Shown here in pieces: positions 35,814 through 46,401 of a stretch of 62,980 nucleotides of DNA (positions within the stretch are counted from its first letter, which is position 1; each line of letters begins with the position of its first letter). This DNA is from a virus (lineage: Duplodnaviria; Caudoviricetes), in the IMG/VR virus record IMGVR_UViG_3300025030_000105, positions 1-62,980 of that record, one strand, 5' to 3'. The position numbers and the translations under genes were made by a program. The notes below the pieces were generated by a model, which searched no databases, was not told the DNA's origin, and saw only the letters and a list, made by a program, of their open reading frames with translations.

Positions 35814-37784
35814 CTACCCTTGGATAATTGTCTGCTCGATGGTGCTGTCGCTGGTCGTGTCGCTCTGCGAATGACTGTCGACAATAGAGAAGCTGTTGCT
35901 CTCCTGTGCTGCGTAGCTCTGCGACAAGCCTTCGTTAAACCCAACCTGCGCGTTCGCCGAGACGCTGGTAAGCGCCGATGCAACCTTCTGCGTGTAGAGA
36001 CCGGCCACCGCTTTCAGCGCTTCCATCTGGATCTCTTTCGCTGCCGTCGCCGCCCGCAGGTTGGCGTCCATCTCCTTGACGATCAACTCGGCTCGGCCTA
36101 CGACCTCACTGACCTGTGCCTTAAAGTTATCTACTTTCGCTCTCAGGTACTCGCCTTCCCGGCGAACCTCGGCGTCGTAGCCTGCCATCTGCGCGGTGTA
36201 GACCTTCGCCCCTGTCTCGTCCTTGCCCAGCTCGTATTGAGTATCAGCTTTATACTTATCGATGGCAGAGGTCAGTACGGCGACCTTGTCCTTGTTCCCT
36301 TCGACGAGGGTTTGCATCTGCGCCAGATTAATATCTGCGACGACTTTCGACGCCTGGACCTGAGTAGCGTAGGCAGTTACCTGCTTGCCGTAGAGGTCAA
36401 CCTTGGCGGTTTCTCCTGCGATGCGGGCCTGGTACAGGTTGAACTTAGCGGTAACTCCAGATATCTGCGCGATGACTGCATCGATCTTCGCCTTGAAGGC
36501 GTCGATCCTTGCCCGGTCGATCTCGGTCTGGAGACGAGCGCCATCCATCTGCGCCTTGTAAAGCTCTATCAGTACTTTCAGTGCGTCCACACGGGCGGTG
36601 TAGATCTGCACCTTTTGAACTTGCAGTTCACCATGGATCTTCGCCCCTTCCATCTGCGCTTTGTAAAGCTCGACTTTGGCAAGCTCGGCCCGAATGCGGG
36701 ACTCGAAGACTTGAGCAAGGGCCTTATACCCTTCCATTCTTGCGTTGAAGGAGCTGACCTTGAGGCCGAAGGCGTCGATCACTGCCTGTACGCGATAGCG
36801 GGCAACCTCGAAGGCTCGCTGTGCGACTTGGTTAGTAAAGTCCATGACCTGCTTCTCGAAGGTCATCCCAGAGGTAATGGCGAACTGGGTCTGTTGCTGC
36901 TGCAACTCGGCCCGCTTGAAGGTTATATCCCTATCAAGATTCAGCCTCGCTCTCGTGTCCTCGGCAAGTGCTTCCTGCAGGGCGGAGGACAGGACGCCGT
37001 CTGGCATCTCGTAGTTCCACTGTTCCCAGTTATTGAGGACTTGGTTATACGCTTTTACCAGCTCAACGTCCAAATTTGAGAGTGCTCTCTCCCAGATTGC
37101 AGTCCACACCTCCTCCGTGTATACGGCGGTCCCGATAGTTACATCGTTATACAGCTTGGTCTTGATCGCGTCAGCCAGGTCTGACTGGTAAGTCGCTTCG
37201 TCGTAGACGAACATCGGCTCGGGCGGTGTAAGGTCCGCCGTCGGGAGGGTTCCTTCGAACTGGGCGAATGCAATCTCCGGAGGAGACGGAAGCACTGTCT
37301 CGTCGAGGACCGGCACTGCCGGCATGTCGAGGGTCGGAGACACCGGGATACTTGGATCGGAGAGCGCGGGAACGTCAGTCGGCACTGTTGGCAGTGCGTC
37401 ATCAGGGGCATCCGGCAATGAAATTGCGGGGGAGATCGCATCCAAATTAGGGAGGTCGACTTGCTCGACGGAGATGTCGACGAGACCAAGGAGAGCACGG
37501 AGCGCGGCGAGGTCGGAGATCGTAACAGGCTGCGCCTGAGTAACGTAGGGCGTTACCGCGTCAGGGGTAGGCGCCTCGCCAATATTCGGTGGATCGAGTG
37601 TCTCAAGTGCGAGGTCTAGGTTCCCCATCGGAACGGAGAAGTCGCCGACAGCGAGAGCGTCAAGTGCTGCGACCGACTCCGCGTCGTACTGATTCACAAG
37701 GTCTTCTGACATCCCAAACCTTGCAGTCACAAGGTCTGAGGCGACATGCGCAACCGGTGTTATCTGAAAACTACTTAGCGCCAT
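35814..37784 (-). CDS. Virion structural protein (Pro-rich N-terminus, long coiled coil)
   Basis: Recurrent Y.A.. heptads; position in the tail/ejection module. Confidence 0.65.
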   Translation of the reverse strand: MALSSFQITPVAHVASDLVTARFGMSEDLVNQYDAESVAALDALAVGDFSVPMGNLDLALETLDPPNIGEAPTPDAVTPYVTQAQPVTISDLAALRALLGLVDISVEQVDLPNLDAISPAISLPDAPDDALPTVPTDVPALSDPSIPVSPTLDMPAVPVLDETVLPSPPEIAFAQFEGTLPTADLTPPEPMFVYDEATYQSDLADAIKTKLYNDVTIGTAVYTEEVWTAIWERALSNLDVELVKAYNQVLNNWEQWNYEMPDGVLSSALQEALAEDTRARLNLDRDITFKRAELQQQQTQFAITSGMTFEKQVMDFTNQVAQRAFEVARYRVQAVIDAFGLKVSSFNARMEGYKALAQVFESRIRAELAKVELYKAQMEGAKIHGELQVQKVQIYTARVDALKVLIELYKAQMDGARLQTEIDRARIDAFKAKIDAVIAQISGVTAKFNLYQARIAGETAKVDLYGKQVTAYATQVQASKVVADINLAQMQTLVEGNKDKVAVLTSAIDKYKADTQYELGKDETGAKVYTAQMAGYDAEVRREGEYLRAKVDNFKAQVSEVVGRAELIVKEMDANLRAATAAKEIQMEALKAVAGLYTQKVASALTSVSANAQVGFNEGLSQSYAAQESNSFSIVDSHSQSDTTSDSTIEQTIIQG

Positions 37785-37830
37785 CTCGGCCTCCTTATAT
37801 GTGTAACATGAGTATACCTCATGCTGTTGG

Positions 37831-39279
37831 TTAATACAACTGGACTTTTTCTTCTATGGCGTAGTCGACTCTCCCGAGGAAGATCTCTCCATAGAACTCA
37901 ACCAAGTTGCCATCTGCGTCCTTCATGTCTGGTATTGTGTGCCGCGATTGCCCTGTTAAAAGTCTCGGGAAGTTAGTTGATACAAGAGAATTGTTGCTAT
38001 TCGGTCCGACATAATAATAACCGAATTGATCTTGACCGTATATATAAGCTCCAAGTAATGCAGTTATTTGCGCTATACTATCAGTGTTGTAATATTTTAA
38101 TCCAATATTATCGAATTGCGGATAAGTATCAGAACTTACTTCTCGCAATGGATAAACTGTTGAGTTTACTTTAAGATAATCACATTTGGATGTGGTGGCG
38201 GTTACTGTTTCTTCAAGTAAAGCGCCTTCAAGGTCGCATATTTGATAATCCCTTATCCTGTGGGTATGCGTCTCAACGGAACTGGTGCGATAACATGCAG
38301 CGTGATTCTGGTGATTATTCGTCTCAATTCTTACAGAATACTCGCCTGACCATAAGGAACAACCTTCAGCGGTGTATGTGGTGTTCCATTGGTTGTAATA
38401 CTCCCCTCCTGGTATGGAAAATGTATCTTCACCTGGAGTTGGGCCTGGATTGCCGACATTTCCACATGCATCAATTACGTCTTGTTCAACAACAGTTAAT
38501 TCTCCGGAACATCCATAGCCATAGCTAACCCAACAGTTTCCACCATACCTGTCTGATTCATCGACAGCTATGAATCCGTTGCGAGGGAGTCCAATATCAG
38601 TTCCGTAAACCATGATACTTCTATTTTCGGTAACTGTTCTGTCTGCCTCAGATGTCCAGGCATTTCGGCCCATGCATCCACCCCAGCATATTACAACGTG
38701 AATTGTTCCAGCGGATGAAGTAAAGTCGTGTGTTTCTGAGAGATTGCCGGTTAGGTCAATATCTGTCCCCCCTGGCCTTACCCCTGTTTGCGCGACAAAG
38801 AACAGGTAATACTCCCCGTCGGTCGACATGAACTGCCCGTCGATGTTCACTTCGACGTTGTCGTCCATATCCGCCGCAGTTACCCCAGTGACATTCTTGA
38901 ACAACTTGTACGGGCCTTCGAAGGTTCCGCTCATGCAGGCTACCCAGTACTGATTATCCCCACTACGCATACAGGGAACCAGCCTTGAAAGCGGAAGCGG
39001 AGTTATTTGCTCCGCATGTTTCTCTTTTGGAATCTCGGGCTTACCTGCATCGCAAGTGACAACGATATTCTCCGCCCCGTTGACGGACTGCATATAGACC
39101 GTGCCTACATATGCGCCGGTCTGGTCGTAAAACTTCTTCGTCTCGGAATAGATCGCCAGATCCTGAAAGGACTGGTTCCTGCGGAAGTCGAACATCAGGC
39201 GAGGCACATGAGCCTCAGCGAGGGAGCGGGCCTGAACCCTGTCTCCTTTAAGCTCGACCTGCGTCGTCTTGGCGGCCAT
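37831..39279 (-). CDS. Tail-associated protein with variable C-terminal part
   Basis: Start MAAKTTQV overlaps the previous stop; AT-richer central-distal segment. Confidence 0.6.
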   Translation of the reverse strand: MAAKTTQVELKGDRVQARSLAEAHVPRLMFDFRRNQSFQDLAIYSETKKFYDQTGAYVGTVYMQSVNGAENIVVTCDAGKPEIPKEKHAEQITPLPLSRLVPCMRSGDNQYWVACMSGTFEGPYKLFKNVTGVTAADMDDNVEVNIDGQFMSTDGEYYLFFVAQTGVRPGGTDIDLTGNLSETHDFTSSAGTIHVVICWGGCMGRNAWTSEADRTVTENRSIMVYGTDIGLPRNGFIAVDESDRYGGNCWVSYGYGCSGELTVVEQDVIDACGNVGNPGPTPGEDTFSIPGGEYYNQWNTTYTAEGCSLWSGEYSVRIETNNHQNHAACYRTSSVETHTHRIRDYQICDLEGALLEETVTATTSKCDYLKVNSTVYPLREVSSDTYPQFDNIGLKYYNTDSIAQITALLGAYIYGQDQFGYYYVGPNSNNSLVSTNFPRLLTGQSRHTIPDMKDADGNLVEFYGEIFLGRVDYAIEEKVQLY

Positions 39280-39758
39280 CAGCGTGCCTTGCGTTTGAGG
39301 AATACCGGGGCGAGGGCGAGGAAGTCGAGAGAGAAGTTGCCGGTACCTGCGACCCGAACCTTCCAATACCGAGCCTTGCCGTACAGATATTTCTTCAAGG
39401 TCTTGAACATGTCCTGCTGGACTTGGCCGGTCTTCGTCGGAGCGAGAGTGTAGCTCCGCGCATGTGCGGTGTCTTCATCACCAGTCAGGGTAACGGTAAC
39501 GTTTCCTACGGACTCGTAACCGATGTCATAAGCTTCGATGCTCTTCTGCTCTCTGCTCTCGAAGTCGTGCGTTGGAGTGTCCAGCCACCAGGAGATTGCG
39601 GTCCCTGCGTCAGTCGTCCCGCCTTCTTCGAAAATCCCGGTGTCGCCAAACATGACGAGTTTGCCATTGAACTCGACGACGGAGTCGAAGGGCATATTGG
39701 TGTACTGACTCGGCGCCTTATTCATGGTGTTCATTGCGATGGTAAGTCTGTCAGACAT
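39279..39758 (-). CDS. Tail protein
   Basis: MN..N.A.SQY.N..F.S....G...K.RYW pattern. Confidence 0.6.
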   Translation of the reverse strand: MSDRLTIAMNTMNKAPSQYTNMPFDSVVEFNGKLVMFGDTGIFEEGGTTDAGTAISWWLDTPTHDFESREQKSIEAYDIGYESVGNVTVTLTGDEDTAHARSYTLAPTKTGQVQQDMFKTLKKYLYGKARYWKVRVAGTGNFSLDFLALAPVFLKRKAR

Positions 39759-39770
39759 GCTGTCTTCCTC

Positions 39771-40868
39771 CTATGAAGGCCTCGTATACGAAAGAATGTA
39801 ATCGTCAAACCTTGCCATAGCCGCGCCTTCGAGGTAGAACTTAGGGACCGGGAGAGAGAAAACCAGACTGGCTGAGATGGCCTCATAGGAGGACATAAGT
39901 ATCTCCGGTACCGGGAGATCGAAGATGATCGATCCAACAGTCCCAACAGACCCTGAGAGGAGGACTTGGAGAGGGGGGATCTCCAGGAGGAGGACTCCCA
40001 GGGTCTGTTGGCTTGCTGTGAAACTTGTGATAATCGCCGGAAGAGAAATTTGTAATTGGGCGAGCTGGCCGACCGTCCCTTCAAGAAGGACTTCGAGCGC
40101 CGGGAAGTTCAGGTGCAGGTCGGCGGCGAGGCCGGTCGTGCCTGTGAGCGCCGCTTCGATTACTGCGAGGTCGAAGGCTAAGGCTGCACCAGTCTGAGCG
40201 TCGAAGACGAGGGGCGGGAGGTCGAGGTCTAGTGAGCAGGTCGCCCCGGTTACTGCGGTAGCAGTAAACTCTTGGAACGGGATCTCCAGTTCGAGACTGG
40301 AGCCTGCGTTGAGCAGAACCTCCGGTACTGGTAGGTCGAAGGCAAGCCAGGCTGGTGCGGAAGTCTCGCCGAAGAACTCGATTACTGGAAGAGATACGAC
40401 GAGGTCGCAGTTTACCCCTCTTGCTTCGATCGCTACTGCGATGGGCGGAAGCTCAACAACTATGCTGGCACTAATGGTAAGTGTACCTGACATAGTCGCG
40501 TCGTCGCTTCCAGTCTCGACTGCTCCTACGGTTCCTGAGACAACTACTTCGCCTGCGACATCGGCGGTATCACCCCCTGTCTCGGCAACAGTTAGAGTTC
40601 CATAAGTGTAGAGTCCTGATGTGCCGTAGGCTTCGGCGGTGTCGCTCCCGGTCTCGGTTGCGTCCATCGTCCCTGTCGAGTGGACCGTAAGCCCGGCCAA
40701 CGCGGCAGTGTCACTGCCGGTCTCATTCGCTGCTATGGTCCCGGCAATGCCGGGGACGGTCGCGTCGATAACGCCGACTTCGATATACTGCTGGGTTACC
40801 CGCGCCGTTCTTGTAGAAGGCTCAACACCGACCTCGATATATTGTTGAGTTACGCGGGCAACTGTCAT
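39771..40868 (-). CDS. Repeat-rich tail/fibre protein
   Basis: ARVTQQYIEVGV x2, ETG(S/G)D(T/D)A x4, L.LP repeats. Confidence 0.65.
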   Translation of the reverse strand: MTVARVTQQYIEVGVEPSTRTARVTQQYIEVGVIDATVPGIAGTIAANETGSDTAALAGLTVHSTGTMDATETGSDTAEAYGTSGLYTYGTLTVAETGGDTADVAGEVVVSGTVGAVETGSDDATMSGTLTISASIVVELPPIAVAIEARGVNCDLVVSLPVIEFFGETSAPAWLAFDLPVPEVLLNAGSSLELEIPFQEFTATAVTGATCSLDLDLPPLVFDAQTGAALAFDLAVIEAALTGTTGLAADLHLNFPALEVLLEGTVGQLAQLQISLPAIITSFTASQQTLGVLLLEIPPLQVLLSGSVGTVGSIIFDLPVPEILMSSYEAISASLVFSLPVPKFYLEGAAMARFDDYILSYTRPS

Positions 40869-41866
40869 GCTTCCACCTTAAAGCCCCAGGTCATGGCATT
40901 GAAAATAGTCGGTGTCCATGCCTGCGCGTCGGGAGCGGCAGAAAATACATTCGTCGAAGCGGTGTTGTTTACAGCTGGGTACGCTGTTGCCAGTGTTACC
41001 GTTGTCTGATCGTACTCTGTCGAGTCCTGTTTTGCTATCGGTGTAAGCGTCCGACCTCCAGCGTCGTCCTTCCTGGCGACAGTAGTCAGAGCAACAACCT
41101 GTATTACAACGCCGCTTGTAGCTACATCCTCGAAGGCGTACAGATCTTTATGTCCTACAGTACTCGACTCGACATAATCCGTATCTCCGTTCTGCGCGTC
41201 CTCATCAATGCAGGCGTAGTTGCTCCCCGCCGAAGGGGTGAACTGAACTGAACTGTCAGCAGAAGGATTGCAAAGAACAGAGTAAACTTCCCCGTGGAAG
41301 TCGTCTCCAAAGAAAACGTTGTCGATCTTGACTGAATTTGTTTTATTGGGACCTATGCCTACGCTTGTTATGTCAGACCCGCCGGTATTCAGCCCTGTGG
41401 GGTTATCAAAAACTATTCCGGTAGCTTCTCCGTTTAGCCGCAACTCAATAGTGCCGGCGCTCGCATCACTGAACACTTTAATTGCGACATGTGTTAAATC
41501 TGAAGCTATTACTGTCGCACTCGATGATATCAATGTGCTACCTCGATATACTCGGACTCCTGACGCAGTATTAACTACCCAAATTACGTTAGCTCCCGCA
41601 ACGAACTTTACAAGGCTATACGACAGTGTGCCGGTATAGCCTGTGTACGTCCCCAGCCCGACAACGTGAAACCCGATAACTTTGGTTTTCCCGGCAGTTA
41701 CGTCATTGATTACGTGCGACGTGGAATCTGAGGAGAACGACAAGCACTTGCCGTTCGCGTACCCTCCTGTTGCAGAATACGCGACACTTGACGTAGTCGT
41801 GAACTTAGAAAGCACATCTCCGGTAGCTCCGCACCCCTCAAAACCTGTAAAGAACTCAACAGCCAT
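40865..41866 (-). CDS. Beta-rich virion protein (lectin-like)
   Basis: FFTGFE start; DGDTDYV-like segment; P...AWT...FNA...G C-terminus. Confidence 0.6.
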   Translation of the reverse strand: MAVEFFTGFEGCGATGDVLSKFTTTSSVAYSATGGYANGKCLSFSSDSTSHVINDVTAGKTKVIGFHVVGLGTYTGYTGTLSYSLVKFVAGANVIWVVNTASGVRVYRGSTLISSSATVIASDLTHVAIKVFSDASAGTIELRLNGEATGIVFDNPTGLNTGGSDITSVGIGPNKTNSVKIDNVFFGDDFHGEVYSVLCNPSADSSVQFTPSAGSNYACIDEDAQNGDTDYVESSTVGHKDLYAFEDVATSGVVIQVVALTTVARKDDAGGRTLTPIAKQDSTEYDQTTVTLATAYPAVNNTASTNVFSAAPDAQAWTPTIFNAMTWGFKVEA

Positions 41867-41874
41867 ATTTACAC

Positions 41875-42249
41875 CTATGCGTGAGTGATGGTTGCGGAAG
41901 TAATAGTGACTGTCTGCCCTGCTGTAATACTGACGTTATCCAAGATTATGTCCGTCGCTGACGTACCCACCGTAAGTCCAGTAATGATGTCCGTCGCATT
42001 GGAATCCCGTATTCTCGCCGCTGCCGCCGTCCCAGTATTGTCGGCACTTGTGTCAGAGTGAGGCATCGTAAGCGTGAGGACCGCGCCCGAGGCGGTCCCG
42101 CAAGGATCGGTAAGGGCGATGGTCGCCAAGACGGACGCCATCGCTGTGGTCCCTATTTCGATGTATCCTGCGCCTGACCCCGCATCGATCGCAGTAGCAA
42201 CCGCTGTCATCCGTGCCTGTTTAACTGCTGTGGTATATGTAACCGCCAT
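41875..42249 (-). CDS. Small virion structural protein
   Basis: Thr/Ala-rich; TGTA..ARI...ITAGQTVTI. Confidence 0.7.
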   Translation of the reverse strand: MAVTYTTAVKQARMTAVATAIDAGSGAGYIEIGTTAMASVLATIALTDPCGTASGAVLTLTMPHSDTSADNTGTAAAARIRDSNATDIITGLTVGTSATDIILDNVSITAGQTVTITSATITHA

Positions 42250-42260
42250 ATCCTACCTCC

Positions 42261-42998
42261 TTACGCCGAAGCCGGTTGCGTCGCGGTTGCCGTGTCGATG
42301 GTCGTAGTGGCGCCGACCGCAACGGTAAGGCTTGACATGCGAAGTTCACCAGTACCCACGCCGCAGACGCCATCTAAACGTTCGGCAGTAGTCGAAGCCC
42401 CGGTCACATAAGCATTGGTGTAGCATCTGAACCAGCCTGCAGTTCCTGCGGCAAGACCGACACCGCTCCACACCTCGGAAGTCTCTTTGGCCGAGACGCC
42501 GGAGGCGGCATCGGCAAGGTTCAGGCCGTTGGTCGAAGTTCCCGGAGTAAAGGCGCCGGAGGCAACCGTGATTCTCAGGAGCTTGGTCCCGGACTCGGTA
42601 AGGTCGGCGGTGGCCGGCTGGGTGCCGGTATAGACCTCGATCACGCAGTTACGGAAAATCTCGTCGAGCGAGCCCCCGTTCATACCTGCGGCAACGATAA
42701 CCTGGTCGCCTGCAATCTCAGTCGTGAGCGAGCCTGCAGGAATTTCAAGGTAGCCCGCGGCGACCGCAGAAACTTTTACCCCGGCGACGTTGTTCGAAGT
42801 AGAGCCGGCGACACCGATGTAGTCCCCGGCGATGTAACCTGCTGTTACAAATCCGTTACCGGAGTCGGTAATCCGATCGGTGCCACCGGTACCGGTGCCG
42901 TCTTCGAAAGCGAAGGTCGTTCCGGTGATGAGTTTGGTCGGGTATGAATGCTTGGACACCATGCCGTTGCGAGTTCCAGTTGACAATCTTGTAGCCAT
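42261..42998 (-). CDS. Virion structural protein (apparent paralogue of 41875-42249, with insertion)
   Basis: I.VYTGTQPATAD...GTAGWFR...DG..G. Confidence 0.65.
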   Translation of the reverse strand: MATRLSTGTRNGMVSKHSYPTKLITGTTFAFEDGTGTGGTDRITDSGNGFVTAGYIAGDYIGVAGSTSNNVAGVKVSAVAAGYLEIPAGSLTTEIAGDQVIVAAGMNGGSLDEIFRNCVIEVYTGTQPATADLTESGTKLLRITVASGAFTPGTSTNGLNLADAASGVSAKETSEVWSGVGLAAGTAGWFRCYTNAYVTGASTTAERLDGVCGVGTGELRMSSLTVAVGATTTIDTATATQPASA

Positions 42999-43019
42999 TT
43001 TATTCTTCTCCTTTAGTTA

Positions 43020-43928
43020 TCAGGGCTCCAAAAAGACGAGATAGCGACTGTCAACAATCGCAGCGCTTGCGTACCGTCCTGCTGGGAAAATAAGTTTATT
43101 GTACGTGTGATTTGTAAACGTTCCATCCTCACTGCCGGAGCAAATGCCTTGCGGCGTGGTGAAAATTACTGACTTCGGTCCTCCCATCTTCTCGGCAGGG
43201 CACCATACTGCGGAGCCTTCGATGACGCCGAACGGCGCCTTCTCTTCTCTCTTAGTCTTGCGCCACTCCGCCCCTCGATAAAAGAGGACTTGGGTTGTCG
43301 TCCCGACCCATAGGCCGGCGGGCGTCGGTTGCAGCATTGTCACCCTGTTCGGAAATAGCTTCATGTCGCTATGCAGGTCGAAGACTCCGTAGAACGAGGG
43401 GAGCGAGGCGAAGACTACGTCGTCTTTCGCCATCAAGGCTCGGCCCGCGAACCAGCTCACTAGATGCCCGGTCGGAGGGTTCGAATAGATATTCTTGGGG
43501 TTTCCAGGAGCAGTGAACGTTCCCTTCTGCCAGGCGAAGTCTACACCCTTGGAGACATAGCCTTTCTCGTAGCCGTTGGTATAGTAGATCCTCCCCGCTA
43601 TCTGGTAGTATCGCATCCTGGCGCCAAGTGTCAGGCCGGTGCGGATAATCGCCCTAGAGTAGTCGGGAAGAAGCCGATATAATTCGGTGCCGGCCACGAA
43701 GAGGCATGTCTCTCCAGTGGAGAAGGCGCAACGCGAGGCTTCCGCCCGCTTCGCGGTGGAGCGGCCAAGCCGGCTGAATGGTCGGCCTGAGTTGTCGACA
43801 TTCATGTTGACCAGTTGGGCAAGCTCAGTGACTCCGGTCTTCAGGTCGTAACTCAGCCGCACTGGGTCGAGAGCGTTGTTCAGCCCGGTTGTAGCTTTGA
43901 AGAGCGGTATGAGCTTTGCCTGGGCCAT
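43020..43928 (-). CDS. Tail tubular/nozzle-like beta-propeller protein
   Basis: GLNN...N.NVD..G...R.G; follows the adaptor gene. Confidence 0.6.
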   Translation of the reverse strand: MAQAKLIPLFKATTGLNNALDPVRLSYDLKTGVTELAQLVNMNVDNSGRPFSRLGRSTAKRAEASRCAFSTGETCLFVAGTELYRLLPDYSRAIIRTGLTLGARMRYYQIAGRIYYTNGYEKGYVSKGVDFAWQKGTFTAPGNPKNIYSNPPTGHLVSWFAGRALMAKDDVVFASLPSFYGVFDLHSDMKLFPNRVTMLQPTPAGLWVGTTTQVLFYRGAEWRKTKREEKAPFGVIEGSAVWCPAEKMGGPKSVIFTTPQGICSGSEDGTFTNHTYNKLIFPAGRYASAAIVDSRYLVFLEP

Positions 43929-43930
43929 TG

Positions 43931-44878
43931 TTACGTCCTGTAGGCAGGGGCGGTCCCTACTCGGGTTTCGAGATTGTGCAGCCGGCGGAACGCGTTGATT
44001 CCGTCAGTGACGTAGTCTTCGAATGCGTCTTTGTGGTCTTGGGCTTTAACAGGTTCCTGGGCCTCCATATCGTGATGGTTGAGCGCCTTGTAAGCCGCCC
44101 ACTCAATGCACGCTCGTTGCTGAGACGGAATCTCTGGGGACGCAGAGTACACGTCTGCAGCCGTAGCTGTAACTGTCGCTCCTGCTCCGCTGACGACGAC
44201 CGTCGTAGACGTAGAGGTCTCCAACGCGAGGGCTGAGATTGATATAACCTGCCCGGATGCAGTAGCGACAAAAGCCGTCGAAGCATCGATAACCGCTGCC
44301 AATGCAGTAGCTACTGCGGTCAGAGTCCCTTCGGTCCCAAGGACTACGTAGGAATAGACTACGTCGCTCACTGTCGCAGCTATGACATCGCCAGCATGAA
44401 GAGTCCCAGTCAGTGTAATCGTGCTGCTCATACGATTGAGCGGTGATCTACTGTACCTCCAGACATGGAGATCGAGGACAAGGCCGTTTTCCGACACCGT
44501 AGGTGTAGGAGCCAGCTTGATGAAACCGGTTGTCTGGTCGGTCTGCCACTGGACCGGCATCCCTGTCTCTGTAGTTCCTAGATCGATCGGCCAGTTATCC
44601 GGTGTGAGGATTACATCCTGCTGAACCTTGCCGAGTACCTTGTTGCCATACCAGATATTCATTACCTGAATGGCTCGGGCCGGGATTGCGTAGAGCGCCG
44701 TGTTCGTAACAAGCGTCAACGAGTAGTTCGCGATATCAACGAAGAACCCGGTCTCTTCACAGAACTTGTCCTGCCCTTCGGAAAGGTAGGCGAGGAGTCT
44801 TGCGTCGCTCCATGCTCCGTTCGTCGTCTCGCTGTTGAGGACTTCGAGAAGCTCGGTCAACATCTCCGCTCGGGTCAC
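43931..44878 (-). CDS. Head-tail adaptor-like protein with inserted beta-domain
   Basis: WSD..L..YL.EGQ..F N-terminus and PEIP....A...WAAYKA C-terminus. Confidence 0.65.
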   Translation of the reverse strand: MTRAEMLTELLEVLNSETTNGAWSDARLLAYLSEGQDKFCEETGFFVDIANYSLTLVTNTALYAIPARAIQVMNIWYGNKVLGKVQQDVILTPDNWPIDLGTTETGMPVQWQTDQTTGFIKLAPTPTVSENGLVLDLHVWRYSRSPLNRMSSTITLTGTLHAGDVIAATVSDVVYSYVVLGTEGTLTAVATALAAVIDASTAFVATASGQVISISALALETSTSTTVVVSGAGATVTATAADVYSASPEIPSQQRACIEWAAYKALNHHDMEAQEPVKAQDHKDAFEDYVTDGINAFRRLHNLETRVGTAPAYRT

Positions 44879-44881
44879 GGC

Positions 44882-45304
44882 TTACGCTCTCCGCCAGGGG
44901 ATTGCTGAGTACCTTCGTTCTGTTTCCTCTAGTTCTCCGGTGTACGGGTTTTTCTTCTGCTCGATGTGCGTAGCTATGGCGAGTTCGAGAACATGGACTA
45001 CCTCCGGCGGGACTTCGACCGGGACGCCTCGCTTGATTTGGTATACTACTCCGTTGACGCCGACAGCCTCATAGTTGTCCTTACATCCAGCCATTTCATC
45101 GATGATAATGCGGATTTTCCTGGTCTTTTCATCAATGCGGATGGCGCCCATCGGCTTGTCGAGTTCTTCATCGGTCGCAGCCATGATAGCATCAATCATT
45201 GCCTGTTTCTTAGCAGAAACTACTTCCTTGACGGGCTTCCTACTTTTCTTCTCCGGCGCTGCCGGCACGTTCAGGTCAACTTCTACTTCAAATTCATCGT
45301 TCAT
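44882..45304 (-). CDS. Conserved head-module protein
   Basis: VGVNG..YQIKRG.PVEVP.EVV.VL..A. Confidence 0.7.
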   Translation of the reverse strand: MNDEFEVEVDLNVPAAPEKKSRKPVKEVVSAKKQAMIDAIMAATDEELDKPMGAIRIDEKTRKIRIIIDEMAGCKDNYEAVGVNGVVYQIKRGVPVEVPPEVVHVLELAIATHIEQKKNPYTGELEETERRYSAIPWRRA

Positions 45305-45603
45305 TTATACTCCTCCATTTTATGTTTCTTCCCGCCCTCGGCGGCGTCCCCAGCCGCTTCTTCGAAGGCGCTGTCAAACTCTTCTTCAGTCGTATACTTC
45401 TCGTCGAGCATTGGCATGAGTTTCTCAATTATCTTGGCAACTTCCACCGCGTCCTTAGCGATGTACTGTTTTTCGCTGGAGCCTGGGTAGCAGTCGCACA
45501 TGCTTTTGTTATTCGCTTTCTCTTTCGGCTTAATTGGCACCCTGCACTCAATGACGAAACCATTCGAGGCCTGCCCAATTTCCAACATCCGCTTCATATA
45601 CAT
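45301..45603 (-). CDS. Hypothetical protein
   Basis: AGGAG SD; overlap with the next gene. Confidence 0.65.
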   Translation of the reverse strand: MYMKRMLEIGQASNGFVIECRVPIKPKEKANNKSMCDCYPGSSEKQYIAKDAVEVAKIIEKLMPMLDEKYTTEEEFDSAFEEAAGDAAEGGKKHKMEEYK

Positions 45604-45670
45604 CAGGTGTTCTCCTTGTTGTAAGGTTCAATGAAGAGGAGGGTTTTTAGGTCCTCCCCTCGGTTGAACC

Positions 45671-46354
45671 TTACAGTGCTCCTAAATTGATCCAGGTCAG
45701 GGTGATTACCCCTGTAAAAGCAGCAGTACCTGCGGTGTGCGTAGCATCGTCGTCAATGACGAAGTTCAGGTACACATCCTTGGCAGTAGCCGTTCCATCC
45801 ATCCACCGAGCCCCGCTCTCAGTGAGGGCGGTAGCGACAGATACTGCGGAAACTACACCGTCTTTATCGGATGCACCTGCGGACACGGCTACAGATGGCA
45901 TGATATCTGCCTCTGTGCCGGTAAGCGTAGCCCCTGTAGTGGCGGTAGCCGTTCCGAGTGCAACATCGCCATCCCAGTTGTCGATGATCGTTCCTGTGAC
46001 CCCAGCAGTGAGGATTCCGGACACAACTGCTCCGAAAGTGCAGATAGCTCCGAGAGGTAGGTCGTAGACCTTTACCCCTCCGTACTGCGCTACTGCGGCG
46101 TCATCGGTAATAGTTACCGGTGTTGCGGTGCAGGTAAGAACGGTCTTATGGACTACCCCGTCTCCGTACTCGACAGCAGCGACTGTCGATCCGTTCTTGG
46201 CCCCTACTCCAGACGAAGTGGTCGGGAGGTCGATGACTGGCGAAGTAAGTGTCTTGTTGGTAAGCGTCTCAGTGATCGCGTTCTTGTTCGTTCCAGCGGC
46301 ATTGGTGATTTCCTCAGTAATAACGCGAAGAGTTCTAACTTCTTGTCTGCTCAT
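45671..46354 (-). CDS. Capsid decoration-like protein
   Basis: Thr/Ala/Gly-rich; TETLTNKTLTSP motif; downstream of MCP. Confidence 0.55.
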   Translation of the reverse strand: MSRQEVRTLRVITEEITNAAGTNKNAITETLTNKTLTSPVIDLPTTSSGVGAKNGSTVAAVEYGDGVVHKTVLTCTATPVTITDDAAVAQYGGVKVYDLPLGAICTFGAVVSGILTAGVTGTIIDNWDGDVALGTATATTGATLTGTEADIMPSVAVSAGASDKDGVVSAVSVATALTESGARWMDGTATAKDVYLNFVIDDDATHTAGTAAFTGVITLTWINLGAL

Positions 46355-46401
46355 AATAATCTCCTCCAGGTATTGTAAGCCCGCCTGGACGGGCTATCTT
46401 T

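Noticed and set aside
35820-37079. Long + strand ORFs opposite structural genes (also 32981-34015, 47039-48166, 50220-51086, 52011-53015)
   Set aside because: Antisense shadows of GC3-biased genes with no motifs or SD
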